NCBI GenBank assembly: GCA_049511835.1
Contig: JBEKXN010000002.1
Coordinates: forward strand, 11,219 to 75,218
Length of the DNA stretch: 64,000 nucleotides
Source of the DNA: Verrucomicrobiota bacterium
Lineage (GTDB): Bacteria > Verrucomicrobiota > Verrucomicrobiia > Limisphaerales > UBA11358
Direction: 5' to 3'
Each line of letters begins with the position of its first letter. Position 1 is the stretch's first letter. The notes beneath the pieces are model-generated. The model was not told the origin of the DNA, made no database searches, and saw nothing but the letters and a program-made list of their open reading frames with translations. Made by a program: the position numbers and the translations under genes. This document shows positions 9,855 to 18,023 of this stretch, piece after piece.

Positions 9855-11579
9855 ATGAAATTCCGCTGGTCGCTCGCGCCGCCGCAACCGCTCCTTGCCG
9901 GTCAACTGGCGGCGCAGCTCAAAATCCCGCCCCTGCTCGCACAATGCCTGCTCAATCGCGGTTTCAGCGAACCGTCCGCCATTGACAATTTTCTCTCGCC
10001 GCGCCTCAAGAACCTTGCCGACCCTTTTTTGCTCCCGAACATGGCCGTCGCCGTCGAGCGATTGCTCCGCGCCCGCGAACAAAATGAATCGCTGATCATC
10101 TTTGGCGATTACGACGTGGACGGCGTGACCTCCACTGCGCTCCTCGTTGAGGTTCTGCGTCCGCTGGGCTGGAAGGTGGATTTTTATCTGCCCAACCGCA
10201 TGGACGAGGGCTACGGCCTTAGCGCCGATGGCGTCGAAAATTGCCTGAAGAAATTTACCACGACGTTGCTGCTCGCCGTGGACTGCGGCTCAACGGCTGT
10301 GGAAACAATCAACACCCTGCGTTCGCGCGGCGTGGACGTTATTGTGCTCGATCATCATCAGGTTTCATCACCCGCGCCCGCCGCCGTGGCATTGGTCAAT
10401 CCGCAACTCTCAACCCGCAACTCTCAACCCTCAACCACCTTTACCGAGCTTTGCTCCGTCGGTCTCGCCTTCAAGCTGGCGCATGCTTTGGTCAAACGCG
10501 GACGCGAAATTGGCTTGCCTGGCGCGGCGGAATTTGATTTGCGGCCACTGCTCGATTTGGTTGCGCTCGGCACCGTTGCCGACCTTGTGCCATTGACCGG
10601 CGAAAATCGGATTCTCATTTCCACCGGTTTGCAACGCCTTAACCTGACGCAGCGGCCCGGGTTGATGGCGCTCAAGCAGGTCGCACAGTGCCCGCCAACA
10701 CTCGGCGCTTACGAAGTGGGTTTTCAACTGGCCCCGCGCCTGAATGCCGCCGGCCGGCTCGAAACCGCGGAGGAATCGCTGCATTTGCTGCTCGCGCGCG
10801 ATTTGGCCGGGGCCATGCCCATCGCCCAAAACCTCGATTCGCGAAACCGCGAACGCCAGAAGATTGAACGCGGCATCGTCGAAGAGGTCATCGGAGTCGT
10901 TAAATCAAAATTTGATCCGCAGACTGATTTCGTCATCGTCGAAGGGCAATTGCTCTGGCACATCGGTGTGGTCGGCATCGTCGCGTCGCGCGTGCTCCAG
11001 CAATTTTACCGTCCCACGATCATTCTCGGCGGTGAAGGCGGTGAATGGCGCGGTTCGGGCCGCAGCATTGCGGGATTCGATCTGGCCGCCGCGTTGCGGG
11101 AGTGCGGTGATTTGCTCGTGCGGCACGGCGGTCACGCGATGGCGGCGGGCTTGAGCCTTCAGCCGGACAAGATGGACGCGCTCCGGCAGCGGTTGAATGA
11201 ACTGGCGCGCCGCGCGTTGAAGCCGGAAGATTTGCAACCACCGGTGCGTCTCGATGCGGAAGTTGGTTTGGACGAAATGACTTTGGAATCGCTTGGCGAA
11301 CTGGCGTGCTTGAAACCGACCGGGCAGGGGAATCCGCCGGTGCAATTCTGCGCGCGGAACCTCACGCATCAACGTCCTCTCCAGCGCATGGGCAGGGAGA
11401 AACAGCACGTCAAACTATGGGTGACCGACGGCGCCGTGACGCACGAGGCGGTTTGGTGGAATGGCGGCGACAAGTCGTTGCCGGTTGGAAAATTTGACCT
11501 GGCGTTCGCACCGCAGGTCAATGAATTCAACGGCCGCCGCGCGGTGCAATTAAAAGTGCTCGATTGGCGGGCGGCGTAG
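9855..11579 (+). CDS. recJ: Single-stranded-DNA-specific exonuclease RecJ
   Basis: DHH family motifs FGDYDVDGVTS and VIVLDHHQ, the DHHA1 motif GGHAMAAG, and an OB-fold C-terminus. Confidence 0.92.
   Translation: MKFRWSLAPPQPLLAGQLAAQLKIPPLLAQCLLNRGFSEPSAIDNFLSPRLKNLADPFLLPNMAVAVERLLRAREQNESLIIFGDYDVDGVTSTALLVEVLRPLGWKVDFYLPNRMDEGYGLSADGVENCLKKFTTTLLLAVDCGSTAVETINTLRSRGVDVIVLDHHQVSSPAPAAVALVNPQLSTRNSQPSTTFTELCSVGLAFKLAHALVKRGREIGLPGAAEFDLRPLLDLVALGTVADLVPLTGENRILISTGLQRLNLTQRPGLMALKQVAQCPPTLGAYEVGFQLAPRLNAAGRLETAEESLHLLLARDLAGAMPIAQNLDSRNRERQKIERGIVEEVIGVVKSKFDPQTDFVIVEGQLLWHIGVVGIVASRVLQQFYRPTIILGGEGGEWRGSGRSIAGFDLAAALRECGDLLVRHGGHAMAAGLSLQPDKMDALRQRLNELARRALKPEDLQPPVRLDAEVGLDEMTLESLGELACLKPTGQGNPPVQFCARNLTHQRPLQRMGREKQHVKLWVTDGAVTHEAVWWNGGDKSLPVGKFDLAFAPQVNEFNGRRAVQLKVLDWRAA
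10401..10436. repeat. Tandem CGCAACTCTCAACC repeat (reverse complement of the GTTGAGAGTTG motif), in frame inside recJ
   Basis: ccgcaactctcaacccgcaactctcaaccctcaacc is translated as PQLSTRNSQPSTT. The same motif occurs in opposite orientation at 34499-34526 and 37918-37930. Confidence 0.75.
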
Positions 11580-11836
11580 AGCGCAACCAGGCATCGCCGC
11601 CAAACCGACTCAGCCTGTTGGTTGAGTGGTTGTGCCAAGGTGCGTCCGGCGGCGTGAAGTTTTTTAGAAATTACTTGCAATTATTTTGGGAATGACTACA
11701 GTTGCACCGTCTGTTGGACAACTTGTCCTTTCGAGGCATGGAAAATCTTCAAGTGAACGTGGTTCAGTGATGATTTGAGACCCGATGGTCGGGAACAGTC
11801 TGGAAAAACGGTTGGTCTTGAACAGCAAATCATTAA

Positions 11837-12163
11837 ATGAGCACGAAATTGTTTGTTGGAAATCTTTCCTTCAACACTACGGAAAATGACCTGCAAGAAG
11901 CGTTTGCCGCCCACGGCACGGTCGTCGAAGCCAACCTCATGATGGACCGGATGAGCGGCCGCTCGCGCGGCTTTGCCTTCGTCACCATGTCCACGCCCGA
12001 AGAAGCGCAAAAAGCGATCGCCGCCATGAACGGCGCGACGCTGGGCGAGCGTCAATTGACGGTCAATATCGCCCGTCCCAAAGAAGAGCGTCCCCGCGGT
12101 GACCGCGGCCCGCGCCGTGACTTTGGTGGCGGTGGCGGTGGCGGACGCCGGGATCGTTATTAA
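11837..12163 (+). CDS. RRM-type RNA-binding protein with Gly/Arg-rich tail
   Basis: RNP2 motif KLFVGNL, RNP1 motif RGFAFVTM, and a C-terminal GGGGGGRRDRY tail. Confidence 0.9.
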   Translation: MSTKLFVGNLSFNTTENDLQEAFAAHGTVVEANLMMDRMSGRSRGFAFVTMSTPEEAQKAIAAMNGATLGERQLTVNIARPKEERPRGDRGPRRDFGGGGGGGRRDRY

Positions 12164-12185
12164 TCATCGCCGCAAACAGCTTTGG

Positions 12186-12225
12186 CCGGGGCGACGTTCT
12201 TAATGGGCGTTGCCCCGGGTCATTT
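12186..12225 (+). terminator. Possible intrinsic terminator after the RRM gene
   Basis: An 11-bp stem (ccggggcgacg / cgttgccccgg, one G-U pair) is followed by tcatttt. The T-run is short. Confidence 0.4.
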
Positions 12226-12286
12226 TAGGGCGCGGATTTTTTATTGGCTTTGACGGTGCCGGGTTGGATAAGATTCATTTTCATTC

Positions 12287-12499
12287 ATGGAAGAACACAT
12301 ACAAATCGAGGGACGCATTTTAACGGTGCTGGCCGGGACGATGTTTCGCGTCGAACTGGACAATAAACATCAGGTCCTCGCGACCATTTCCGGCAAGATG
12401 CGAAAACGATTTGTCCGCCTCACCGCGGGCGACCGCGTGAAAATGGAAATGTCGCAGTACGATTTGAACAAGGCACGCATCGTCTGGCGGTTGGGCTGA
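12287..12499 (+). CDS. infA: Translation initiation factor IF-1
   Basis: 70 aa. IEGRILTVLAGTMFRVELDNKHQVLATISGKMRKRFVRLTAGDRVKMEMSQYDL is the canonical IF-1 S1 fold sequence. Confidence 0.95.
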   Translation: MEEHIQIEGRILTVLAGTMFRVELDNKHQVLATISGKMRKRFVRLTAGDRVKMEMSQYDLNKARIVWRLG

Positions 12500-12567
12500 G
12501 TGGACGGGGAAAATTTCGTTTGCGGCCGCGCTTGCGTCTGCAACCGGCCAGCAACAGCTTTTACTGC

Positions 12568-13251
12568 ATGAACGCCGCCATTCTTGTCGCCGCCGGCAAA
12601 GGCATCCGCATGGGCGCGGGGGTGGACAAATTGTTTCTCGAAGTGGCTGGACGCCCGGTCATCGCGCACACCTGGCAGCGGTTCGATGGCGCGAAGTGCA
12701 TCGGTGAAATTATTCTCGTCGTCCGCGAGGGGATGGAAAAAAACTTCTCGGAACTCGCGGCAAAATTTCATTTTCAAAAACCATTTCGGGTCGTCGTTGG
12801 CGGGACGGAACGGCAGGATTCGGTCTGGAACGGGCTGGAGGCGTTGTCGGTGACGGCGGAAATTGTGGCCATTCAGGATGCGGCGCGCCCCTGCACGAGC
12901 GGGGAGTTGATCGCCGCAACAGTCAAAGCGGCGGATGAAAGCGGCGCCGCGGTGGCGGCCCAACCGGTAACGGACACCATCAAGGAATCCGACAACGGCA
13001 GATTCATTCAGCGCACCCTCGACCGGTCGCGGCTTTGGACGGTGCAAACGCCCCAGACGTTTCGGGTCGAAGTGATTCGCCGGGCGCTGGCGGAAGCGCG
13101 CCGCCGCAAGTTGATTTTCACCGACGACACGGCGGCGTGTGAATTAATCGGCCAGCCGGTCCGGCTGGTGTCCAGCGTGGCGCCAAATCCGAAAGTCACG
13201 GTGCCGTCCGATTTGCCGTTCATTGAGACGTTGTTGAAAGATAAAATTTGA
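12568..13251 (+). CDS. ispD: 2-C-methyl-D-erythritol 4-phosphate cytidylyltransferase IspD
   Basis: Start moved to ATG 12568 (MNAAILVAAGKGIRMG). Also shows VQDAARP-like IQDAARPC and TPQTF motifs. Confidence 0.9.
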   Translation: MNAAILVAAGKGIRMGAGVDKLFLEVAGRPVIAHTWQRFDGAKCIGEIILVVREGMEKNFSELAAKFHFQKPFRVVVGGTERQDSVWNGLEALSVTAEIVAIQDAARPCTSGELIAATVKAADESGAAVAAQPVTDTIKESDNGRFIQRTLDRSRLWTVQTPQTFRVEVIRRALAEARRRKLIFTDDTAACELIGQPVRLVSSVAPNPKVTVPSDLPFIETLLKDKI

Positions 13252-13326
13252 TTTTGAACCGCCCGGACATAAACCGTTTCCCAATACTTGGTGTTCGGAC
13301 GCTTTTGTGGTAGTTTTTCCCCGTTT

Positions 13327-14655
13327 ATGAGACGACGTTTGATTTATGGTTTGGTGATTGTGGCGCTGATATTAAATCTGGCGATTGGCGCGCGGATTTA
13401 TCTGGGGTCGGCGCACGCGGCAGACAAGCAGGACGCGGTGTATCCGAATCTGGAGTTGTTCGCCAACGTGCTGGAAAAGGTGCGCAAGGAATATGTGGAC
13501 GGCCAGAATCTGACGTATCACGACCTGGTTTACTCGGCGCTCAAGGGCATGCTCGGCTCCTTGGATCCGCACAGTGAATTCATGGACGCGAATGATTACC
13601 AGCAATTGCAGAACGACACGGAAGGACAATTCGGCGGACTCGGCCTCGTCGTTTCGATGAGGGACAATTATGTGACCGTTGTTGCGCCAATGGAGGACAC
13701 GCCGGGATTTCGCGCGGGGATTTTGTCCGGCGATCGCATCATTAAAATTGACGGCAAGAGCGCGGAGAAAATGTCGTTGCCGGAAGCGGTAAAACTGCTT
13801 CGGGGCGAGCCAGACACGAAGGTGACGGTGACCATTCAGCGTCCCTCGTCGGGCCTGGTGAAGGATTACACGCTCACGCGCGCCATCATCAAGATGGCCA
13901 TGGTCAAGGACATCAATGGCAAAAAGGAATTCCCGCTCGGTGACGACAAAATCGGCTACGTCCGCATCACGGAATTCGGTGACAAGGCTGGTGAAGAACT
14001 CGAAGCTGCCATGAACAAACTGAAAGCGGAGGGGATGAAGGCATTGATTATTGATTTGCGCTGGAATCCCGGCGGCTTGCTGGATGAGGCGGTGGAAGTT
14101 TGTGGAAAATTCCTGCCCCACGGCCAGTTGGTTGTCACCACCGAAGGCCGCGATCCGGGCCAGAATTCCGTTCGTCGGGCCGAGGGTCACGGCGATGAAT
14201 TTGCCAACCAGGATGGTTCCCCCAGGCCGATGGTCGTGCTGGTCAATCTCGGCAGCGCGAGTGCGGCGGAAATCGTCACCGGCTGTTTCCAGGATTTGCA
14301 CCGCGCGGTCATTCTCGGCGAGAAAACCTTCGGCAAAGGCTCGGTGCAAAGTGTTTTTCCGCTGGATGACGGCTCGGCGCTGAAACTCACGACCGCCAAA
14401 TATTACACGCCCAGTCACAAGGTCATTCACCAGCATGGCATCACGCCGGACATCGAAGTGCCCATGACCGAGGAACAGGAGGCCGCTTTGGTGCTGAAAC
14501 GCACGCTGGGCGGTCTGGAATCTCTCAGCGAAACAAATCGCGTCAGCATCGAAAAAGTCCATGACATCCAGCTCGAACGCGCCCGGGATTTGCTCAAAGG
14601 CATCATGCTTTATAGCGGACGCGCGGCTGAAGCGGCAAAAATGGCCGCGAAATAA
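13327..14655 (+). CDS. ctpA: Carboxyl-terminal processing protease (S41 family)
   Basis: Signal anchor, PDZ block (GDRIIKIDG), and S41 catalytic region [12 protein letters not shown]...TFGKGSVQ. The ORF-track start at 13288 is TTG, so ATG 13327 is preferred. Confidence 0.9.
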   Translation: MRRRLIYGLVIVALILNLAIGARIYLGSAHAADKQDAVYPNLELFANVLEKVRKEYVDGQNLTYHDLVYSALKGMLGSLDPHSEFMDANDYQQLQNDTEGQFGGLGLVVSMRDNYVTVVAPMEDTPGFRAGILSGDRIIKIDGKSAEKMSLPEAVKLLRGEPDTKVTVTIQRPSSGLVKDYTLTRAIIKMAMVKDINGKKEFPLGDDKIGYVRITEFGDKAGEELEAAMNKLKAEGMKALIIDLRWNPGGLLDEAVEVCGKFLPHGQLVVTTEGRDPGQNSVRRAEGHGDEFANQDGSPRPMVVLVNLGSASAAEIVTGCFQDLHRAVILGEKTFGKGSVQSVFPLDDGSALKLTTAKYYTPSHKVIHQHGITPDIEVPMTEEQEAALVLKRTLGGLESLSETNRVSIEKVHDIQLERARDLLKGIMLYSGRAAEAAKMAAK

Positions 14656-14678
14656 AATGAAACCTCTGCAAAACGGGC

Positions 14679-14752
14679 GTAGCGGCTTTCGGCAGAAAGC
14701 CGGACAATTCAATTTTCCGAAGAAATGCGGCGGTCTGCCGACACGCCGCTAC
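14679..14752. repeat. REP family B' (GTAGCGGCTTTCGGCAGAAAGCC ... GCGGCGGTCTGCCGACACGCCGCTAC)
   Basis: Two hairpins bounded by GTAGCGG / CCGCTAC. A near copy lies at 38002-38069. Confidence 0.7.
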
Positions 14753-14759
14753 GATAAAC

Positions 14760-15887
14760 ATGACGGTTCTTGCCCTTGAAACTTCCTGCGACGAAACCAG
14801 CGCCGCCGTTGTGTGCGACGGCAGGGTTTTGTCCAGCGCCGTCTCCTCGCAAATCAAGTTGCACGCCGAATATGGCGGTGTCGTGCCGGAACTTGCCGCC
14901 CGCGAACATCTGCGGAATTTGATTTCCGTCGTGCAAACCGCGCTGGACGAAGCGGGTGTCCAGCCGGGACAACTTGATGCGGTTGCGGCCACGCAAGGGC
15001 CGGGTTTGCCGATGGCCTTGCTCGTAGGACTCAAGGCCGCGCAGGCCGTCGCGTTTGCCTTGCGGAAACCATTCATTGGCATCAACCATCACGAAGCGCA
15101 TTTGTATTCACCGTGGATTTCTAAAAAATCAACGCCCCTCGCCCCGTCCCTCTCCCCGCCCGGCGGGGAGAGGGTGATCGAAGACCGGGAGAGGGGTGGG
15201 AATGCCGAAGGAGTTTTCTTTGCCGACTTCGCCGCCTTTCAGCCGAACGTTTCGCTCATCGTCAGCGGCGGGCACACGATGCTGGTGAAGGTGGAATCCG
15301 AATTGAAACATCGCGTGCTCGGTTCGACGGTGGACGACGCGGCGGGCGAATGTTTCGACAAGACCGGCAAGCTCATGGGGCTGCCCTATCCCGCCGGACC
15401 CGAAATTGACCGGCTGGCAGAACAGGGGAATCCCAAAGCGTATGATTTTCCGCGTCCGTTGCTTCACGATGCCAGCGACGACTTCAGTTTCAGCGGACTG
15501 AAAACCTCCGTGCGCTATTTTCTCCGCGATCACCCGGGGATTTTGGATGACGGGCAAAAACTGCGCGATATGTGCGCCAGCATCCAGGTGGCGATTGTCG
15601 AAGTGCTCGTGAAGAAAACCATCCGCGCGGCGAAACGAAACCATGTGCGTTGCGTGACCGCTTCGGGCGGCGTTACCTGCAACCGCGCGCTACGCCGCGA
15701 CTTGGCCCGCGCGTGCGAGCGCGAAGGATTCGAGCTGCGTCTGGCGGAGAAAAGTTTGTGCACCGACAACGCGGCGATGGTGGGCGTGCTGGCGGAATTC
15801 AAACTTCAAAACGGAGCCGCCGGCGATTCCTTGGACGCGGAAATCCAGCCGGGCTGGGTATTGGCGGACGGGAATACGATTTCCTGA
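14760..15887 (+). CDS. tsaD: tRNA N6-adenosine threonylcarbamoyltransferase TsaD
   Basis: [21 protein letters not shown] and SGGHT motifs, plus C-terminal CTDNAAM. Confidence 0.92.
   Translation: MTVLALETSCDETSAAVVCDGRVLSSAVSSQIKLHAEYGGVVPELAAREHLRNLISVVQTALDEAGVQPGQLDAVAATQGPGLPMALLVGLKAAQAVAFALRKPFIGINHHEAHLYSPWISKKSTPLAPSLSPPGGERVIEDRERGGNAEGVFFADFAAFQPNVSLIVSGGHTMLVKVESELKHRVLGSTVDDAAGECFDKTGKLMGLPYPAGPEIDRLAEQGNPKAYDFPRPLLHDASDDFSFSGLKTSVRYFLRDHPGILDDGQKLRDMCASIQVAIVEVLVKKTIRAAKRNHVRCVTASGGVTCNRALRRDLARACEREGFELRLAEKSLCTDNAAMVGVLAEFKLQNGAAGDSLDAEIQPGWVLADGNTIS
15135..15200. repeat. GC-rich hairpin element (CCCTCTCCCCGCCCGGCGGGGAGAGGG core), in frame inside tsaD
   Basis: A perfect 11-bp stem at 15148-15174. 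It is translated as [22 protein letters not shown], between the HxxxH and SGGHT motifs. Confidence 0.75.
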
Positions 15888-15911
15888 AAAAATCATTTTG
15901 GATGGACGATT

Positions 15912-16016
15912 GGTGGGAGCGCGGGCGTCTCGCCCGCAGCATTCGGTGTCCTCGCCGGATGCAGAGATGTTCGCAACGAGACGTTGCGAACGGCGACCGG
16001 GACGGTCGCGCTCCCC
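15912..16016. repeat. Composite multi-hairpin repeat downstream of tsaD
   Basis: The outer arms gggagcgcg / cgcgctccc enclose the hairpins gcgggcgtctcgcccgc and gttcgcaacgagacgttgcgaac. Confidence 0.55.
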
Positions 16017-16059
16017 GCGAAGAAAACAAGGCGGGCCGGGCGCACCCGCAAATGGGTCG

Positions 16060-16111
16060 TGTAGTGTCGGCGCTGTGCGCCGATTCGCTCGATCCACAGG
16101 CTCGACGCTAC
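16060..16111. repeat. REP family A copy (TGTAG..GTCG..hairpin..CGACGCTACA)
   Basis: tgtagtgtcggcgctgtgcgccgattcgctcgatccacaggctcgacgctaca. It has the same ends and arm as the REPs flanking the RAYT gene. Confidence 0.75.
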
Positions 16112-16325
16112 ATCCACATTCCGAATTCCGCATGGGCAGTGGACTTTTTTCCTGAATGCATTTTGGGCTGGATTTGGACGCCATTTGCCCTTGATTTGGC
16201 CAGCGATGAGCCATAGCGTTTGGTCAAAACCAAGCAATCATGCCGGCTCAATGTTTTCCAGCTTAATATCAACTTGGCTTGAAAAGAGTCAATGGAATTA
16301 AATAGTTAAACCACGTCAGCACGCC

Positions 16326-16859
16326 ATGAGAACATTCATCGTCATCATTTTGTCATGCGTATCGGTTTTCGGCGGGGATACCGGCGTTCAAGTCGTTACC
16401 ACCGTCAAGACGAACACTGAGGGTGAGATCATTCTCGCGACGGATGTTTGCACGCGGAATGGTCAGACCAATCTCGTGCGCACCACCTTGACCAAAGCGG
16501 GAGTCGTGCAGATTCGGATTCAGAAGTTTTACCACAGCGGAGTATTTGTCGGCAGATACATGGCCATGAAGGATTCATCCGGTTTCCACGCTGAGGCTGG
16601 CATTCCCTATTCGGTGAGTTTTGAGTTTGGCCGTTCCAACGAGTTGCGCTCTGCTATCATCGAAACGAAGGATTCGATTCTCGATATTTTCTGTTTCACG
16701 AATGGGGTTTTCTACCCTACCGAGGCCATCCGCATCCAGGAGGCCAATGACGCTTTAGGGGCAATAAATGACGCGGGCAATGCTCCGACAACAGCGGAGG
16801 TCGTCAAGAAGATGGAAGAGGCGGCCACGAAAATCAAAGAGAAATATAAAACACCCTGA
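16326..16859 (+). CDS. Hypothetical secreted protein
   Basis: 177-aa ORF with an N-terminal signal-like helix (MRTFIVIILSCVSVFG). The region is AT-richer by eye. No family recognised. Confidence 0.55.
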   Translation: MRTFIVIILSCVSVFGGDTGVQVVTTVKTNTEGEIILATDVCTRNGQTNLVRTTLTKAGVVQIRIQKFYHSGVFVGRYMAMKDSSGFHAEAGIPYSVSFEFGRSNELRSAIIETKDSILDIFCFTNGVFYPTEAIRIQEANDALGAINDAGNAPTTAEVVKKMEEAATKIKEKYKTP

Positions 16860-17051
16860 AGACGTAGTCTAACACCGCGCGAGGCTGTGTGAAAACTCCG
16901 GCGCGGGGCGGGTAGTTGGCGGAGAAAAAGTTTGACCGGCAGTCCGCAAGTTCGGGTCGCCGGTTGGTTTTTCGGAAGTTCAGGTCCGAAGTTATGGACT
17001 GCGGCGACAAGCGGAGCGCTGTGGAGAATGTGAATTATACGGTCAAGAGCT

Positions 17052-17111
17052 GGTAGGGCGGTGCTGCCGCGCCGCCCTGATATTTGGGCTGCGGAGCACC
17101 GCAGCCCTACC
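17052..17111. repeat. REP family D copy (GGTAGGGCGG ... CCCTACC)
   Basis: ggtagggcggtgctgccgcgccgccctga...gcggagcaccgcagccctacc. Shares ends with 17905, 23315 and 52374. Confidence 0.7.
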
Positions 17112-17160
17112 ATTTTTGAGTACGTGGCTGGTGCCGGTAGAATTTTAGGCAGGACCAGTT

Positions 17161-17823
17161 TCAGAACGTCAGGCTGAATCCGCCTTTGACTCCCACGTAA
17201 CCGAAATTCGCGAACAGGTTGTTGTGCTCGCCGCTGTAAGTGGTGGACAGAAACCCGGTGCCGCCGACATCAAATTCGCTGTAGCAGTTCAGATGTTTCC
17301 GCAAACGCAGGCTCAAACCCAATCCGGCGTATCCGTCCGCGCCTTCGAGATAGTCCCGCGTAATGTTGCCAAAATTCGGCGAGTCCACCGGGTGGCGATA
17401 TTCCCAGCTCATCCACAGCAGGCTCGCGCCGGTGGTAAAGTAGGGGTTTAACGCGGCCTTGGTTCCGGTGGGGTAGCAACGCCAGGCAATGCCGAGTTCC
17501 ACAAAAAACGGCTGGCGCGCTTGCGCATCCGCTTGGCTGCCGGGTTTCAATTCAATCACTCCACCCCCGAATACTGCGTCCAGCGCGTTGTGTTCATTCA
17601 GCATTTTCCCGAACGAAATCGTTGCCGGCATCAGCCAGCGGTAATCCCCGTTCAACGGCCAGCGGCAACCGTAGGTCGTGTCCAAGTGATAAACATCGGG
17701 CTTCGTAGCCGGCACCGGTTTGGTCAAGGCGGGCATGGCATTGGTTGCGACTTCTTGCGCCCAGACGCCGGGCAGGGCCGCTCCCAACAACAAATATAAA
17801 ATGGCGGCGCGAAGTATTTTCAT
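17161..17823 (-). CDS. Probable outer-membrane beta-barrel protein
   Basis: Start moved to ATG 17823 (MKILRAAILYLLLGAALPGVWAQE signal peptide). Shows alternating aromatic/Gly pattern and a C-terminal ...GGFSLTF with terminal Phe. Confidence 0.65.
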   Translation of the reverse strand: MKILRAAILYLLLGAALPGVWAQEVATNAMPALTKPVPATKPDVYHLDTTYGCRWPLNGDYRWLMPATISFGKMLNEHNALDAVFGGGVIELKPGSQADAQARQPFFVELGIAWRCYPTGTKAALNPYFTTGASLLWMSWEYRHPVDSPNFGNITRDYLEGADGYAGLGLSLRLRKHLNCYSEFDVGGTGFLSTTYSGEHNNLFANFGYVGVKGGFSLTF

Positions 17824-17904
17824 GCCGGTGGAACCGTGTCCGAGCCTTGTCAATTCTTCGCCCAAAGGCAACTGCCAAAATCAGAATGTCTAAATTTCAA
17901 AATG

Positions 17905-17972
17905 GGTAGGGCGGGCAGTCCCCTGCACGCCGCAATTACGTGGGACGGCGCGCACGGAGTGACGCGCCCTAC
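17905..17972. repeat. REP family D copy
   Basis: ggtagggcgggcagtcccctgcacgccgc...gacggcgcgcacggagtgacgcgccctacc. The right half is nearly identical to 23355-23385. Confidence 0.75.
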
Positions 17973-18023
17973 CATAAAAATCTTTTCGCCAGAAGCTTCC
18001 TTTGCCAGCTACGATTGACGCGC

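Noticed and set aside
11580-11836. The long (~255 nt) untranslated region upstream of the RRM RNA-binding protein gene, considered as a riboswitch or cold-shock-type leader.
   Set aside because: I could not identify a conserved structure or known riboswitch core by eye. It may simply contain the promoter. A covariance-model scan would be needed.
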